Below are positions 40,706 to 50,895 of a stretch of DNA of 64,000 bases, in pieces (within the stretch, counting starts at the first letter, position 1; every line of letters begins with the position of its first letter). The stretch comes from an uncultured delta proteobacterium (GTDB taxonomy: Bacteria > Desulfobacterota > Syntrophia > Syntrophales > Smithellaceae): positions 160,001 through 224,000 of the forward strand of contig CAVWEH010000005.1 of the NCBI GenBank assembly GCA_963753975.1, written 5' to 3'. The position numbers and the translations under genes are program-made. The notes beneath the pieces are model-generated. The model made no database searches. It was not told the DNA's origin and was given only the letters and a program-made list of their open reading frames with translations.

Positions 40706-40827
40706 ACTTTACGGTATAATTGCTTTCGGCGTTGAAGCACAGGAAACAAGTAAAGGCAGCAGGAGACAATAACAAGTTAAATTAATAATATTTTTCATGA
40801 AACATAAATATTTATGTTTCATGAATT

Positions 40828-42291
40828 TTATTTCTTCCTTTCTCCTTTATTTCCCGAACGAGGTCTTCTTCTTTTGGAATTTTGCGGCAAGCTGGAAGTT
40901 TGATCTGTTCCAGCGGCCGGTTGAACCGGCGGCGCGTGTAATGATTGCTGATAATAATCATCCAGCAACATGGTAATTAATGCCAACTGGTCTTCCGCCC
41001 TGGATAAAGTTCGCGCCAAGGGCGCGAATCGCTGCATTCTCTCAATTTGCAGATTATCGCGGGCGCGGAGACATGCCTCCAAAAGAGCCGTTATTCGTTC
41101 GGCAACAATTTTCTCCATCTCTTCATCGCTCGGAAGCGAGCGCTCCTCCATGTTAATATTGTAATAACAGGCAATGCTTTGCAGCTTGAATCTTTCCATC
41201 TCCGCCACGAGCGAAATGGCAACACCGCTGGATCCCATGCGACCCGTACGTCCGGCACGGTGGATGTAAGCTTCCGGGTCTTCCGGCGGCTCGTATTGAA
41301 TTACATGAGAAAGGTCAGGAATATCAATACCGCGAGCCGCCACGTCCGTAGCCACCAGAAAGCGCAGGGCGCCACGCTTCACCCTAGCCATAACCTTCTC
41401 CCTCATGCTTTGAGCCAGATCGGAGCTCAGTTCATCGGCATCATAGCCAAAACGCTTCAGCACAATGGAAAGGTAATGCACCGTGTCTTTTGTATTGCAA
41501 AAGATAATAGCGGAGGCGGGATTTTCTGTTTCAATTATACGCACCAGTGATCTTTCTTTGCGCATACCCGGAACGACATAATAAACATGCTCTATTTCGG
41601 CGATATGTACTTGATTGCCGCTTAAGCTCAATAATTGGGGCTGCCTCAGAAATTGATCGGCTAGACGAATCACCTGCGGCGGAAAAGTCGCGGAAAACAT
41701 GCTGCTGGCTATTTCATGCGTAGGTATATATTTACGAATTCTTACCATATCGGGATAAAATCCCATGGATAACATTCGGTCGGCCTCGTCGAATATCAGT
41801 ACCTTAAGATGATCGAGAGAAAGAGTATTTTTCAGCAGGTGATCCAAAATTCGACCCGGCGTGCCGACGACAAGTTGAGCACCGTTGCGAAAAGCTTCCA
41901 GCTGCGCGTTGTAGCCTACTCCGCCGTAGACTACGGCTGTTCTTATGCCGGTATTTTCCAAAAGCATTTCGGCTTCTTTGGATACTTGCAAGGCCAGCTC
42001 ACGGGTGGGAACAAGCACTAAAGCCTGGGCGGCATTTTGCTGTAAATCAATTTTTTGCATTATCGGCAAAAGGTAGGCGCCCGTTTTACCGCTGCCGGTT
42101 CGTGACTGAACCATCATATCGTGACCGGCCAAAAGACAGGGAATAGCTTTGGCCTGCACCGGTGTGAGAATTTTCCAGCCGGCACGCTCACAAGCGGCGC
42201 GCAATTCCGGCATTAGCTCTTCCATAGAAATTTCAGCAGGAGTATCGATCGGTTCAATAGCCTTTTTTTCATCATTTTTTATTTCTTTCAT
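40828..42291 (-). CDS. DEAD-box RNA helicase
   Basis: TGSGKT, PTRELA, DEAD, SAT, ARGID, HRAGRTGR. Confidence 0.95.
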   Translation of the reverse strand: MKEIKNDEKKAIEPIDTPAEISMEELMPELRAACERAGWKILTPVQAKAIPCLLAGHDMMVQSRTGSGKTGAYLLPIMQKIDLQQNAAQALVLVPTRELALQVSKEAEMLLENTGIRTAVVYGGVGYNAQLEAFRNGAQLVVGTPGRILDHLLKNTLSLDHLKVLIFDEADRMLSMGFYPDMVRIRKYIPTHEIASSMFSATFPPQVIRLADQFLRQPQLLSLSGNQVHIAEIEHVYYVVPGMRKERSLVRIIETENPASAIIFCNTKDTVHYLSIVLKRFGYDADELSSDLAQSMREKVMARVKRGALRFLVATDVAARGIDIPDLSHVIQYEPPEDPEAYIHRAGRTGRMGSSGVAISLVAEMERFKLQSIACYYNINMEERSLPSDEEMEKIVAERITALLEACLRARDNLQIERMQRFAPLARTLSRAEDQLALITMLLDDYYQQSLHAPPVQPAAGTDQTSSLPQNSKRRRPRSGNKGERKK

Positions 42292-42662
42292 AAAAACAAA
42301 AAACCTTTCCGCCGGACAAAATAATTATATAAAATTATTTAGTTTAGTGTCGTGCAGGAATCAAGAAAAAAATCAGTAGCCTGCTCAAAAATATTATATC
42401 CCCAAAGAAATGTGTTAATACAAGAAAATATCTTGACAGTCCATCAATATTAATATAATCTTTTACACAATTCGTTGGGGGCTTTTACGAGCCCTGCCCT
42501 TTGGAGAGTTTCAAGTATTCAAATAAACAAGCCGATATTTAATCCGTAACTTTAAAAAATTCGTGATTATCCTTGTGTATTTCTTGAAAAATAACGCAGT
42601 AAAAGTGAATATATCGTATCAAAGAACATCGCTTAATTATAATTTAACGTAAGGAAATATTT

Positions 42663-43910
42663 ATGAACATTGAGGATATCAAAAGATTACCTATCAGCGA
42701 ACTCAACAATTTAGCCAAAGATTTAGACGTTCCCGGTGCCAGCGGCATGCGTCGTCAGGATTTGATTTTTGCCATTTTACAGACACAAGCGGAACAAAAC
42801 GGCGTGATTTCCGGCTCGGGTGTATTGGAAATTTTGCCGGACGGATTTGGCTTTTTACGCGCTGTGGATTACAACTACCTGCCCAGCCCGGATGATATTT
42901 ATATCTCCCCCTCGCAAATCAGAAGGTTTAATTTAAGAACAGGCGACACCATTTCCGGCGAAGTTCGTCCCCCTAAGGAAGGAGAAAAATATTTTGCCCT
43001 GCTGAAAGTTGATACAGTAAATTTTGAAAGCCCCGAACAAGCCCGCGACAAAATCCTTTTTGATAACCTGACTCCTCTTTATCCTCTGGAAAAATTGAAC
43101 CTGGAATTTGATCCCGAAAATTTTTCCACCCGAACATTAGATTTGTTTGCACCGATCGGCAAGGGACAGCGTGCTTTAATTGTTTCTCCGCCACGGGCGG
43201 GTAAAACGGTACTTTTGCAGGATATTGCCCATAGTATCGCGGCCAATCATAAAGAAGTAATTTTGATGGTGCTTTTAATTGACGAGCGGCCGGAAGAAGT
43301 AACCGACATGCAGCGCAGCGTCGCCGGGGAAGTAATTTCTTCCACATTTGACGAACCGGCTTCCCGCCATGTGCAGGTAGCGGAAATGGTCATTGAAAAG
43401 GCCAAACGCCTTGTCGAACATAAAAGAGACGTGGTTATTTTGCTGGACAGCATCACTCGTTTGGCGCGCGCTTATAACACAGTTGTCCCGCCTTCCGGAA
43501 AAGTTCTTTCCGGTGGTGTCGATTCCAACGCTTTGCATAAACCCAAGCGCTTCTTCGGCGCGGCCCGAAATATCGAAAATGGCGGAAGTTTAACAATAAT
43601 TTCCACGGCGCTGATTGATACAGGAAGCCGGATGGATGAAGTAATTTTTGAAGAATTTAAGGGAACGGGCAATATGGAATTGCATTTAGACCGCCGCATT
43701 TCCGACCGCAGAATCTTCCCTGCCTTTGACTTGATTCGCTCCGGAACCAGGAAAGAAGAATTATTGATCCCTAAAAATAATCTTAATCGTATCTGGATTT
43801 TACGCAGGCTGTTGCAAGAAATGAATCCTGTCGACGCCATGGAATTCATTATCGGCAAAATCAAGAAAACAGAAACCAACCAGGAGTTTTTGGATTCAAT
43901 GAATTCATAG
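42663..43910 (+). CDS. rho: Transcription termination factor Rho
   Basis: [31 protein letters not shown]. Confidence 0.98.
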   Translation: MNIEDIKRLPISELNNLAKDLDVPGASGMRRQDLIFAILQTQAEQNGVISGSGVLEILPDGFGFLRAVDYNYLPSPDDIYISPSQIRRFNLRTGDTISGEVRPPKEGEKYFALLKVDTVNFESPEQARDKILFDNLTPLYPLEKLNLEFDPENFSTRTLDLFAPIGKGQRALIVSPPRAGKTVLLQDIAHSIAANHKEVILMVLLIDERPEEVTDMQRSVAGEVISSTFDEPASRHVQVAEMVIEKAKRLVEHKRDVVILLDSITRLARAYNTVVPPSGKVLSGGVDSNALHKPKRFFGAARNIENGGSLTIISTALIDTGSRMDEVIFEEFKGTGNMELHLDRRISDRRIFPAFDLIRSGTRKEELLIPKNNLNRIWILRRLLQEMNPVDAMEFIIGKIKKTETNQEFLDSMNS

Positions 43911-44026
43911 TCGTCAAATATTCGCTTGAATTTTTATTCCATATATTGTAACCATTTACTTTATCATGAAACTATACTGAAATGTTATTAGTCACAGATC
44001 AATACTAAGGAGAAAAACAAAAAGAC

Positions 44027-44263
44027 ATGAAAGAAGGCATTCATCCGGAATATAAAAAAACAACTATCACCTGCGTTTGCGGCAATGTCATTGAAACAAG
44101 ATCGACTAAAAAAGATATTAAGATAGAAATTTGTTCCAATTGCCATCCCTTTATAACCGGTAAACAAAAGATAGTAGATACGGCAGGCCGCGTGGAAAGA
44201 TTCAAGAAAAAGTACGAAGGCAAAGAAGGAAAGCCGCAAACCGGCAAAAAAACAACTAAATAA
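44027..44263 (+). CDS. rpmE: 50S ribosomal protein L31 (Zn-binding type)
   Basis: [20 protein letters not shown]. Confidence 0.97.
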   Translation: MKEGIHPEYKKTTITCVCGNVIETRSTKKDIKIEICSNCHPFITGKQKIVDTAGRVERFKKKYEGKEGKPQTGKKTTK

Positions 44264-44418
44264 TTTTTCAGCATTAAGAACGGTGATATTTCATCATCTT
44301 CTGTTTTTATGACAACTATAGCTTCTGTTTCTTATCATTTATAGGTGCTCTTTCCGACGGGAAGGAGTATACAATTTAGTTTCATCTATTTACTCAAAAC
44401 CAGCGTTTAAAATATAAT

Positions 44419-45489
44419 ATGGATATCTTACTCGAGAAACTTCGCGAAATTGAAATACACTACAGAGAACTGGAGGGGCAACTAAGCGACCTTCAAGTTG
44501 TTTCCAAGCAGGGTCTTTATCAAAAATACGCCAAAGAGCATGCTGATTTGACCGAATTAGTGGAAGCTATCCGTCAATATCAGAAAATCAGAAACCGCAT
44601 AGAAGAATATCAGGGATTTTTGGTGGAAAATGACGAAGAATTAAAGGCAATGGTCAAAGAAGAACTGCCGCAGTTGCAGCAGGAGCAAATTGATTTGGAA
44701 GAAAAGTTGAAGGTTTTGCTTTTGCCTAAGGACCCTAACGACAGTAAAAATGTCTTTTTGGAAATTCGGGCCGGCACCGGCGGCGACGAAGCCGGTCTTT
44801 TTGTCAGCGATTTGTTCCGGATGTACGCGCGCTACGCAGAAGCACAGGGCTGGCGGGTGGAAGTAGTCAGCAGTTCTCCTGCCGGAGGTGTCGGCGGATT
44901 CAAGGAAATTATCGCCCAAATCGAAGGCAAGGGAGCTTACAGCCGCCTGAAATACGAAAGCGGAGTGCATCGCGTGCAACGTGTTCCGGTTACGGAAGCG
45001 CAGGGACGCATCCACACTTCGGCTGTTACCGTGGCCATCATGCCCGAAGCGGAAGAAGTGGAACTCAATATTGATCCCAATGATCTGCGTATCGATGTTT
45101 ATCGTTCCACCGGCCACGGCGGTCAGAGCGTTAATACTACGGATTCAGCCGTGCGCATTACCCATTTGCCGACAGGACTTGTCGTCACCTGCCAGGATGA
45201 AAAATCCCAGTTGAAAAATAAAAACAAGGCGATGAAAGTTTTACGGGCGCGCCTTTTAGACGCCATGGTGCAAAAACAAAACGCCGAACAGGCGCAGACG
45301 CGTAAAAACCAGGTGGGCAGCGGCGATCGCTCCGAACGCATTCGCACCTACAATTTTCCTCAAGGCCGGATAACCGATCATCGCATCAATCTGACCCGCT
45401 ACGACCTCGACAATTTCTTAAACGGCAACATCGGCGCTATGATTGCTGCGCTGGCGACTCATTATCAGGCGGAAGCTTTAAATAAATGA
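44419..45489 (+). CDS. prfA: Peptide chain release factor 1
   Basis: PVT and GGQ motifs, RTYNFPQGR. Confidence 0.97.
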   Translation: MDILLEKLREIEIHYRELEGQLSDLQVVSKQGLYQKYAKEHADLTELVEAIRQYQKIRNRIEEYQGFLVENDEELKAMVKEELPQLQQEQIDLEEKLKVLLLPKDPNDSKNVFLEIRAGTGGDEAGLFVSDLFRMYARYAEAQGWRVEVVSSSPAGGVGGFKEIIAQIEGKGAYSRLKYESGVHRVQRVPVTEAQGRIHTSAVTVAIMPEAEEVELNIDPNDLRIDVYRSTGHGGQSVNTTDSAVRITHLPTGLVVTCQDEKSQLKNKNKAMKVLRARLLDAMVQKQNAEQAQTRKNQVGSGDRSERIRTYNFPQGRITDHRINLTRYDLDNFLNGNIGAMIAALATHYQAEALNK

Positions 45490-45559
45490 TAATAGACCTC
45501 AAGGCAAGACCTGAACTCAAAATAAGAACCGCTGCACGATATGGGATATTAACCATATC

Positions 45560-45850
45560 CCCATAGCCTTGCCTACGGGATTAATTCAACTAACGCTTCA
45601 ACTTTCGCTGCGCTCGTTTTCAGCGAGTTTTATTAATTCGGCTAACAGATATTGCTGTGCTTCGCTCGCAATATCTGAGCTTCATTAATTCGGCTAACAA
45701 ATTCCCACGTGCGACCTTTAGGTTATTCGTGTCATTTTGGAAATTTGAGGCTCATTAACCACGGGTATCTATGATACCCTCCGCCTATGGCGGGATAAAT
45801 TCAGCTAACAGATATTGCTGCTCTATGCTTGCAATATCTGGACTTCATTA
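45560..45850 (-). repeat. Four family A units plus module between prfA and prmC, reverse orientation
   Basis: For example 45634-45687 and 45797-45850 with CAGATATTGC-12-GCAATATCTG stems. Confidence 0.85.
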
Positions 45851-45864
45851 AACGGATTGGAGAT

Positions 45865-46725
45865 ATGACTGTTCGGGAAATTCTAAATGAGGCAACCCGC
45901 AGTTTTGAAGCCGTCGGAATTCCGTCGGCCCGGCTCGACGCGGAAGTTTTGCTTTCTTTTTGCCTCAAGCGAGACCGTCTCGACTTTTTCAAAAACCCGG
46001 AAATACAAATCAGTAAAACTCAACTGACTGATTTCAAAAAACTTGTCGCCAGAAGAATAAAGTGGGAACCGGTAGCCTATATCACCGGGCGCAAGGAATT
46101 CTGGACATTTGTGCTGGAGGTGAATAAAGACGTCCTGATTCCCCGGCCGGATACGGAAATTATTGTGGAAGATGCCCTTAACATTTGCCGCAAGATTAAT
46201 TCTTCCGAAATAAAGATTATAGATATCGGCACGGGCAGCGGCGCGATAGCCATTGCTCTGGCCAAAGAAATGCCGCAAGCTCAAGTAGTGGCCACCGACA
46301 TTTCCACTGCCGCTCTCCGAGTAGCTCGGAAAAATGTCCTTACTCTGGGACTGAAAAATCAAATCGATTTCCGCCGCAGTGATTTATTTGACTCAATTGA
46401 TGATTTTTTTGATATAATCGTTTGCAATCCTCCCTACATTTCGGCCCAGGATTATGAAAAACTACCTCTCGGAGTGAAGGCCTTTGAGCCGCGAGAAGCA
46501 CTCTTGGCGGGCGAAAATGGAACGGAGTTTTATGAAAAATTTGTTTATCAGGCGGGTGACTATTTTAAAAAAAATGGTTGGCTTTTATTGGAGATAGGAG
46601 CTACTCAGGAAAAAAGCATATGGAAGATTGTTGAGGATTCCGGAATTTACGATAATATTGGTGTCCGAAGAGATTATGCCGGCTTGCCGCGTGTAATTCG
46701 AGCAAGGAGAAAAATTAGTGGATAA
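45865..46725 (+). CDS. prmC: Release factor glutamine methyltransferase
   Basis: [19 protein letters not shown]. Confidence 0.96.
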   Translation: MTVREILNEATRSFEAVGIPSARLDAEVLLSFCLKRDRLDFFKNPEIQISKTQLTDFKKLVARRIKWEPVAYITGRKEFWTFVLEVNKDVLIPRPDTEIIVEDALNICRKINSSEIKIIDIGTGSGAIAIALAKEMPQAQVVATDISTAALRVARKNVLTLGLKNQIDFRRSDLFDSIDDFFDIIVCNPPYISAQDYEKLPLGVKAFEPREALLAGENGTEFYEKFVYQAGDYFKKNGWLLLEIGATQEKSIWKIVEDSGIYDNIGVRRDYAGLPRVIRARRKISG

Positions 46726-47968
46726 AATAGTTATTCAAGGGGGCAAACCTCTGCATGGTGATGTTCATATCAGCGGAGCAAAGAATGCTGCATTGCCGGT
46801 AATGACTGCGGCGCTTCTGACCTGCGGAACCAATACTTTCCATAATATTCCCGATTTAATGGATATCAAAACAATAAAAAAACTTTTGAAGAGCCTCGGC
46901 GCCGAAATCGAAGGCAATGAAACTGTCCAGATTAGTGTCGATAAAATAATCGGCCATACGGCTCCTTATGATTTGGTCAAGACAATGCGTGCTTCCATTT
47001 TAGTTTTAGGGCCGCTCGTCGCTCGTATGGGTGTCGCGCGTGTTTCTTTACCCGGAGGCTGCGCCATCGGCGCCCGGCCGGTAAATCTGCACATCAAAGC
47101 TCTGCAGGAACTGGGAGCTCATGTGGAATTGAATGACGGCTATATCGAAGCCAAAGCCAAGAAATTGAAAGGCGCGGATATATATTTTGACATACCCACG
47201 GTAACCGGCACCGAAAATATAATGATGGCGGCAACGCTGGCCGAAGGCACAACTTCCCTGAACAATGCAGCCTGTGAGCCGGAAATTGTCAACCTGGCGG
47301 ATGTTTTAAAGGACATGGGAGCAAAAATCAGCGGAGCGGGAACGGATGTAATAACGATTGAAGGCGTCAGCTCGCTAAAACCCTGCGAAGCCACAATTAT
47401 TCCCGACCGGATTGAGGCGGGAACTTTTATGATTGCCGCCGGTATGACGCGCGGTGAATTAAACATAATCGGCTGCAACCCCCATCATCTGGAAGCCTTA
47501 ATCAACAAACTGCGGGATACAGGCATGAAGATTTCGCCTATCGAAAACGGCCTCAAGGTATCGGCGGGGAAAAAAATCAACAGCGTCGATGTGAAGACCC
47601 TTCCTCATCCGGGATTCCCCACCGACCTGCAGGCGCAGATGATGGCTTATATGTCCATAGGCAGCGGTTTGAGCGTTATTTCCGAAACCGTTTTTGAAAA
47701 CCGTTTCATGCATGTCAGCGAACTCACGCGGATGGGAGCCGATATCGTTATTCAGGGAGGCAGCGCGATTGTCCGGGGAGTGCCTCACTTGCGCGGAGCA
47801 CAAACAATGGCCACGGATTTGCGCGCTTCCGCTTCTCTGATTCTGGCGGCTCTTGTGGCGCAAGGCACGACGGAAATTTCCCGCGTTTACCATATTGACC
47901 GCGGTTATCAGGAAATAGAGAAGAAGTTTTCCGCATTGGGCGCCAATATTAAAAGGATGGCACAATAA
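46718..47968 (+). CDS. murA: UDP-N-acetylglucosamine 1-carboxyvinyltransferase
   Basis: [24 protein letters not shown]. Confidence 0.97.
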   Translation: MDKIVIQGGKPLHGDVHISGAKNAALPVMTAALLTCGTNTFHNIPDLMDIKTIKKLLKSLGAEIEGNETVQISVDKIIGHTAPYDLVKTMRASILVLGPLVARMGVARVSLPGGCAIGARPVNLHIKALQELGAHVELNDGYIEAKAKKLKGADIYFDIPTVTGTENIMMAATLAEGTTSLNNAACEPEIVNLADVLKDMGAKISGAGTDVITIEGVSSLKPCEATIIPDRIEAGTFMIAAGMTRGELNIIGCNPHHLEALINKLRDTGMKISPIENGLKVSAGKKINSVDVKTLPHPGFPTDLQAQMMAYMSIGSGLSVISETVFENRFMHVSELTRMGADIVIQGGSAIVRGVPHLRGAQTMATDLRASASLILAALVAQGTTEISRVYHIDRGYQEIEKKFSALGANIKRMAQ

Positions 47969-47969
47969 T

Positions 47970-49283
47970 ATGAGAATAATCAAAACCGATGCTGTTGATT
48001 TTGTCGAATTTTTTCGTAAATTGCGCCAACGGGGCGGCGCTTTTACTCCCGAACTTTTATCATCTGTAGCGGAAATAGTGAGCAATGTTGCGGCCAAAGG
48101 AGATGAGGCTCTATTTCATTATACGGCGAAATTTGACGGCCATGAATTAAATGAAAAAACAATAGAAGTGACTGCGGCTCAAAGAAAAGCAGCGCTGGCT
48201 GAGCTAAAGCCGGAAGATGGGAAAGTTATGAAACTCGCCGCCGGACGTATTGAAAAATATCATCGCCAGCAAATTATTCGAGGATGGTCGGTTAAAGATG
48301 AGAAAGGCATAGAACTTGGCCAGCGGGTTTTTCCTTTGCAGCGTGTGGGAATTTATGCTCCCGGAGGCAAAGCTTCTTATCCCTCGACGTTGCTGATGGC
48401 GGCAATTCCGGCACGCTTGGCCGGGGTGAAAGAAATTATTTTGGTAAGTCCCGTGAAAGACGGCAGATTAAATCCATTAATTGCCGCGGCGGCCGAAATA
48501 AGCGGCGTGCACCGGATATTCAAGATTGGCGGGGCACAGGCTATAGCGGCGCTCGCTTACGGCACAAAATCTGTTCCGCAGGTCGATAAAATTGTCGGGC
48601 CCGGTAATGCATATGTCGCGGCGGCAAAAAAACTGGTTTTTGGACAAGTGGATATAGATATGATCGCCGGCCCCAGCGAAATAGTTATCGTTGCCGATAA
48701 AACGGCAAAAGCTTCTTTTATTGCTGCTGATATGCTGGCGCAAGCCGAACACGATGAAATGGCGGCAGCTGTTCTTTTGACGCCTGCGAAAAATTTTGCC
48801 CGCGAAGTAGCGCAGGAAATCGACAAACAATTAAAACCCCTGACCAGAAATAAAATAATAGAAAGCGCCCTTACAAAATGCGGCGCGATTATCATCACCA
48901 AAGATATAAGGGAAGCAGTAGAGATAGTGGATCTTTTCGCACCGGAACATCTGGAATTGATGGTGGAGAATCCGACAAAAATTTTAAAACAAGTGCGCAA
49001 CGTGGGCTCTGTTTTCCTCGGGTCATTTACACCGGAGGCATTGGGCGATTACATTGCCGGCGCCAACCACATTTTGCCTACGGGAGGAACGGCGCGTTTT
49101 TCCTCACCATTGGGAGTATATGATTTTGTCAAACGTATGAACGTTCTTTCTTTTTCATCGCAGGCTTTGGAAAAACTAGGCAAACAAACGGCTTACTTTG
49201 CCCAAATGGAAGGACTCGATGCTCATGCCCATTCGGTAATCGTGAGGAATAATAATATCAAAAAAGGAAGCCAAGATGGCTGA
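47970..49283 (+). CDS. hisD: Histidinol dehydrogenase
   Basis: GPGNAYV, AGPSE, QAEHD, APEHLE, NHILPT. Confidence 0.97.
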   Translation: MRIIKTDAVDFVEFFRKLRQRGGAFTPELLSSVAEIVSNVAAKGDEALFHYTAKFDGHELNEKTIEVTAAQRKAALAELKPEDGKVMKLAAGRIEKYHRQQIIRGWSVKDEKGIELGQRVFPLQRVGIYAPGGKASYPSTLLMAAIPARLAGVKEIILVSPVKDGRLNPLIAAAAEISGVHRIFKIGGAQAIAALAYGTKSVPQVDKIVGPGNAYVAAAKKLVFGQVDIDMIAGPSEIVIVADKTAKASFIAADMLAQAEHDEMAAAVLLTPAKNFAREVAQEIDKQLKPLTRNKIIESALTKCGAIIITKDIREAVEIVDLFAPEHLELMVENPTKILKQVRNVGSVFLGSFTPEALGDYIAGANHILPTGGTARFSSPLGVYDFVKRMNVLSFSSQALEKLGKQTAYFAQMEGLDAHAHSVIVRNNNIKKGSQDG

Positions 49284-49620
49284 AGATGTTATTTATTCCG
49301 ATTCGCTAGTCGCGGTTACGAATAAAAGCATTCTTTTCCGGCGTTATGGCTTTTTTGAACGCGACAGGTTGGTGTTATTTTCCGAAATTGAAAAAATCGT
49401 CGTTAAGAAATCTTCCCTTTGGAATGGAAAATTCCGCTTCCATGGCACCGGAGATTTCAAAACGTGGTTTCCCAAGGATTTTCAGAGATACAAACGGGAT
49501 AAGATATTTTTCGCCTTCATCCGTTACAAATGGTGGCGTATAGGTTTCACAGTCGAAAACTCTGCTGCGGTTCTCAAAATATTCCGTGATAAAGGGCTGA
49601 TTAAAGACATTGATCAATAA
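49276..49620 (+). CDS. Hypothetical protein
   Basis: AGGA RBS, overlaps the hisD stop. Confidence 0.65.
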   Translation: MAEDVIYSDSLVAVTNKSILFRRYGFFERDRLVLFSEIEKIVVKKSSLWNGKFRFHGTGDFKTWFPKDFQRYKRDKIFFAFIRYKWWRIGFTVENSAAVLKIFRDKGLIKDIDQ

Positions 49621-49644
49621 GTTGCACCTGCGGCAAAGTCGGGC

Positions 49645-49723
49645 ATCCCGACACGCTAAGCTATCGGGATAATTCGACCTGCAAGTTTCAGCGCGCTACG
49701 CTTCTGAAACTTGGGTCTCATTA
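49645..49723 (-). repeat. Family A unit (reverse) plus module
   Basis: 49670-49723 is nearly the reverse complement of 49974-50027. Confidence 0.85.
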
Positions 49724-49769
49724 AAACACCTTGACAAATAAGTCCGGTTGAATAACATTCCACACAAAA

Positions 49770-49862
49770 TTGCGTTCATTCGGCCTACCTTTGTTGGCTT
49801 CGGCGTCGGCTTCCTCAACGCATGTTAATATGCGCCTGCGGAGCTTCCTCCTTGCTGCCGCG
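49770..49862 (+). repeat. Family B palindromic repeat
   Basis: Matches the reverse complement of 16860-16948. Confidence 0.78.
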
Positions 49863-49897
49863 GTATCCCGGTGACCACAAATTAGTCATTAATATGA

Positions 49898-49972
49898 GCG
49901 GGCGTAATTCAGTGGTAGAATGTCAGCTTCCCAAGCTGGACGTCGTGGGTTCGAGCCCCATCGCCCGCTCCA
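49898..49972 (+). tRNA. tRNA-Gly(CCC)
   Basis: GCGGGCG/CGCCCGC acceptor stem, TTCCCAA anticodon loop, GGTTCGAGCC T-arm, encoded CCA. Confidence 0.97.
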
Positions 49973-49973
49973 T

Positions 49974-50202
49974 TAATGAGACCCAAGTTTCAGAAGCGTA
50001 GCGCGCTGAAACTTGATGGACGAATTATCCCAGGAGCAAAGCGACGTGGGATTTGAAACTCGCTGACTATAGAAAGCGTTAGTTGTAGTGAGACCCAAAT
50101 TTCATAAGCGCAGCGTATAACCTGAAGGTCACGCGAGGTCACACACTGAAGCTTGCCGGTTGAATTATCCCGTCTAGCGGAGGTGTAATTCTACCCGTGA
50201 TT
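49974..50202 (+). repeat. Family A cluster directly after tRNA-Gly
   Basis: Units at 49974-50027, a short one at ~50051-50090, and ~50086-50168 with an expanded loop. Confidence 0.85.
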
Positions 50203-50298
50203 AACTACTTAGCAGCTTTCAGAACGCAGAAATAATTCTTGCATTGCCTTTTATACTGTGCTACCTGATTTAGTAAGCCATCGATTATAGTGTATTGA

Positions 50299-50328
50299 TG
50301 AGTGGGCACCTGCCCACTTTTTTATTTT
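50299..50328 (+). promoter_or_regulatory. rimP leader terminator-like hairpin
   Basis: GAGTGGGC-acct-GCCCACTT followed by a T tract, just upstream of rimP, the known position of this motif. Confidence 0.75.
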
Positions 50329-50338
50329 CTGGGATATT

Positions 50339-50833
50339 ATGAATGATGCTTTAAAGGAAAAAATCAGACAATTGGCCGAGCCGGTTGCCGCATCGGAAGG
50401 AATGGATTTAATCCATGTTGAATGCGTCAAGATGCAAACTCGCTGGATTGTCCGGCTCTACCTGGATAAAGAAAATGGGGTTACTCTTGACGATTGCACG
50501 GCCGTGAGCAATCAGTTAGGCGATGTCTTTGACATTAATGATCTGCTTAAAGGCGCTTACACACTGGAGGTCTCCTCTCCCGGCTTTGATAGGCCGATAT
50601 CGCGCGATCAGGATTTCGAAAAATATAAAAGATCAAGGGTAAACATCAAGACGGGAGCAAAAATCGAGGGCATGCGAAATTTTCGTGGTACGCTTGTTGA
50701 TTACATCGAAGAACAAGGCCGGAAAATAGTTTTGATGGATATCGCGGGAAAAGCGTACCGGATCCCGCGAGGTGAGATTATCAAAGCCAATCTTGCCGCT
50801 GACGATGAAATTAGGAGTAAAAGCGGGAAATAA
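50339..50833 (+). CDS. rimP: Ribosome maturation factor RimP
   Basis: GVTLDDC, YTLEVSSPGFDRP. Confidence 0.96.
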   Translation: MNDALKEKIRQLAEPVAASEGMDLIHVECVKMQTRWIVRLYLDKENGVTLDDCTAVSNQLGDVFDINDLLKGAYTLEVSSPGFDRPISRDQDFEKYKRSRVNIKTGAKIEGMRNFRGTLVDYIEEQGRKIVLMDIAGKAYRIPRGEIIKANLAADDEIRSKSGK

Positions 50834-50895
50834 TGCCGGCGGGCTGAAATTTTTACGATATCTCAGCGAAGTGAAGAAAAGGGAGGAATTTGTAA

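Noticed and set aside
40434..40775. 113-aa ORF as a real gene
   Set aside because: Reads as a frameshifted patatin remnant fused to non-coding sequence
45560..45850. Family A tandem units as a CRISPR array
   Set aside because: Units are degenerate, abut without unique constant-length spacers, are dispersed in both orientations, and no cas genes are present
49898..50340. Prophage or island integrated at tRNA-Gly
   Set aside because: No integrase or duplicated tRNA 3' end; core rimP follows directly
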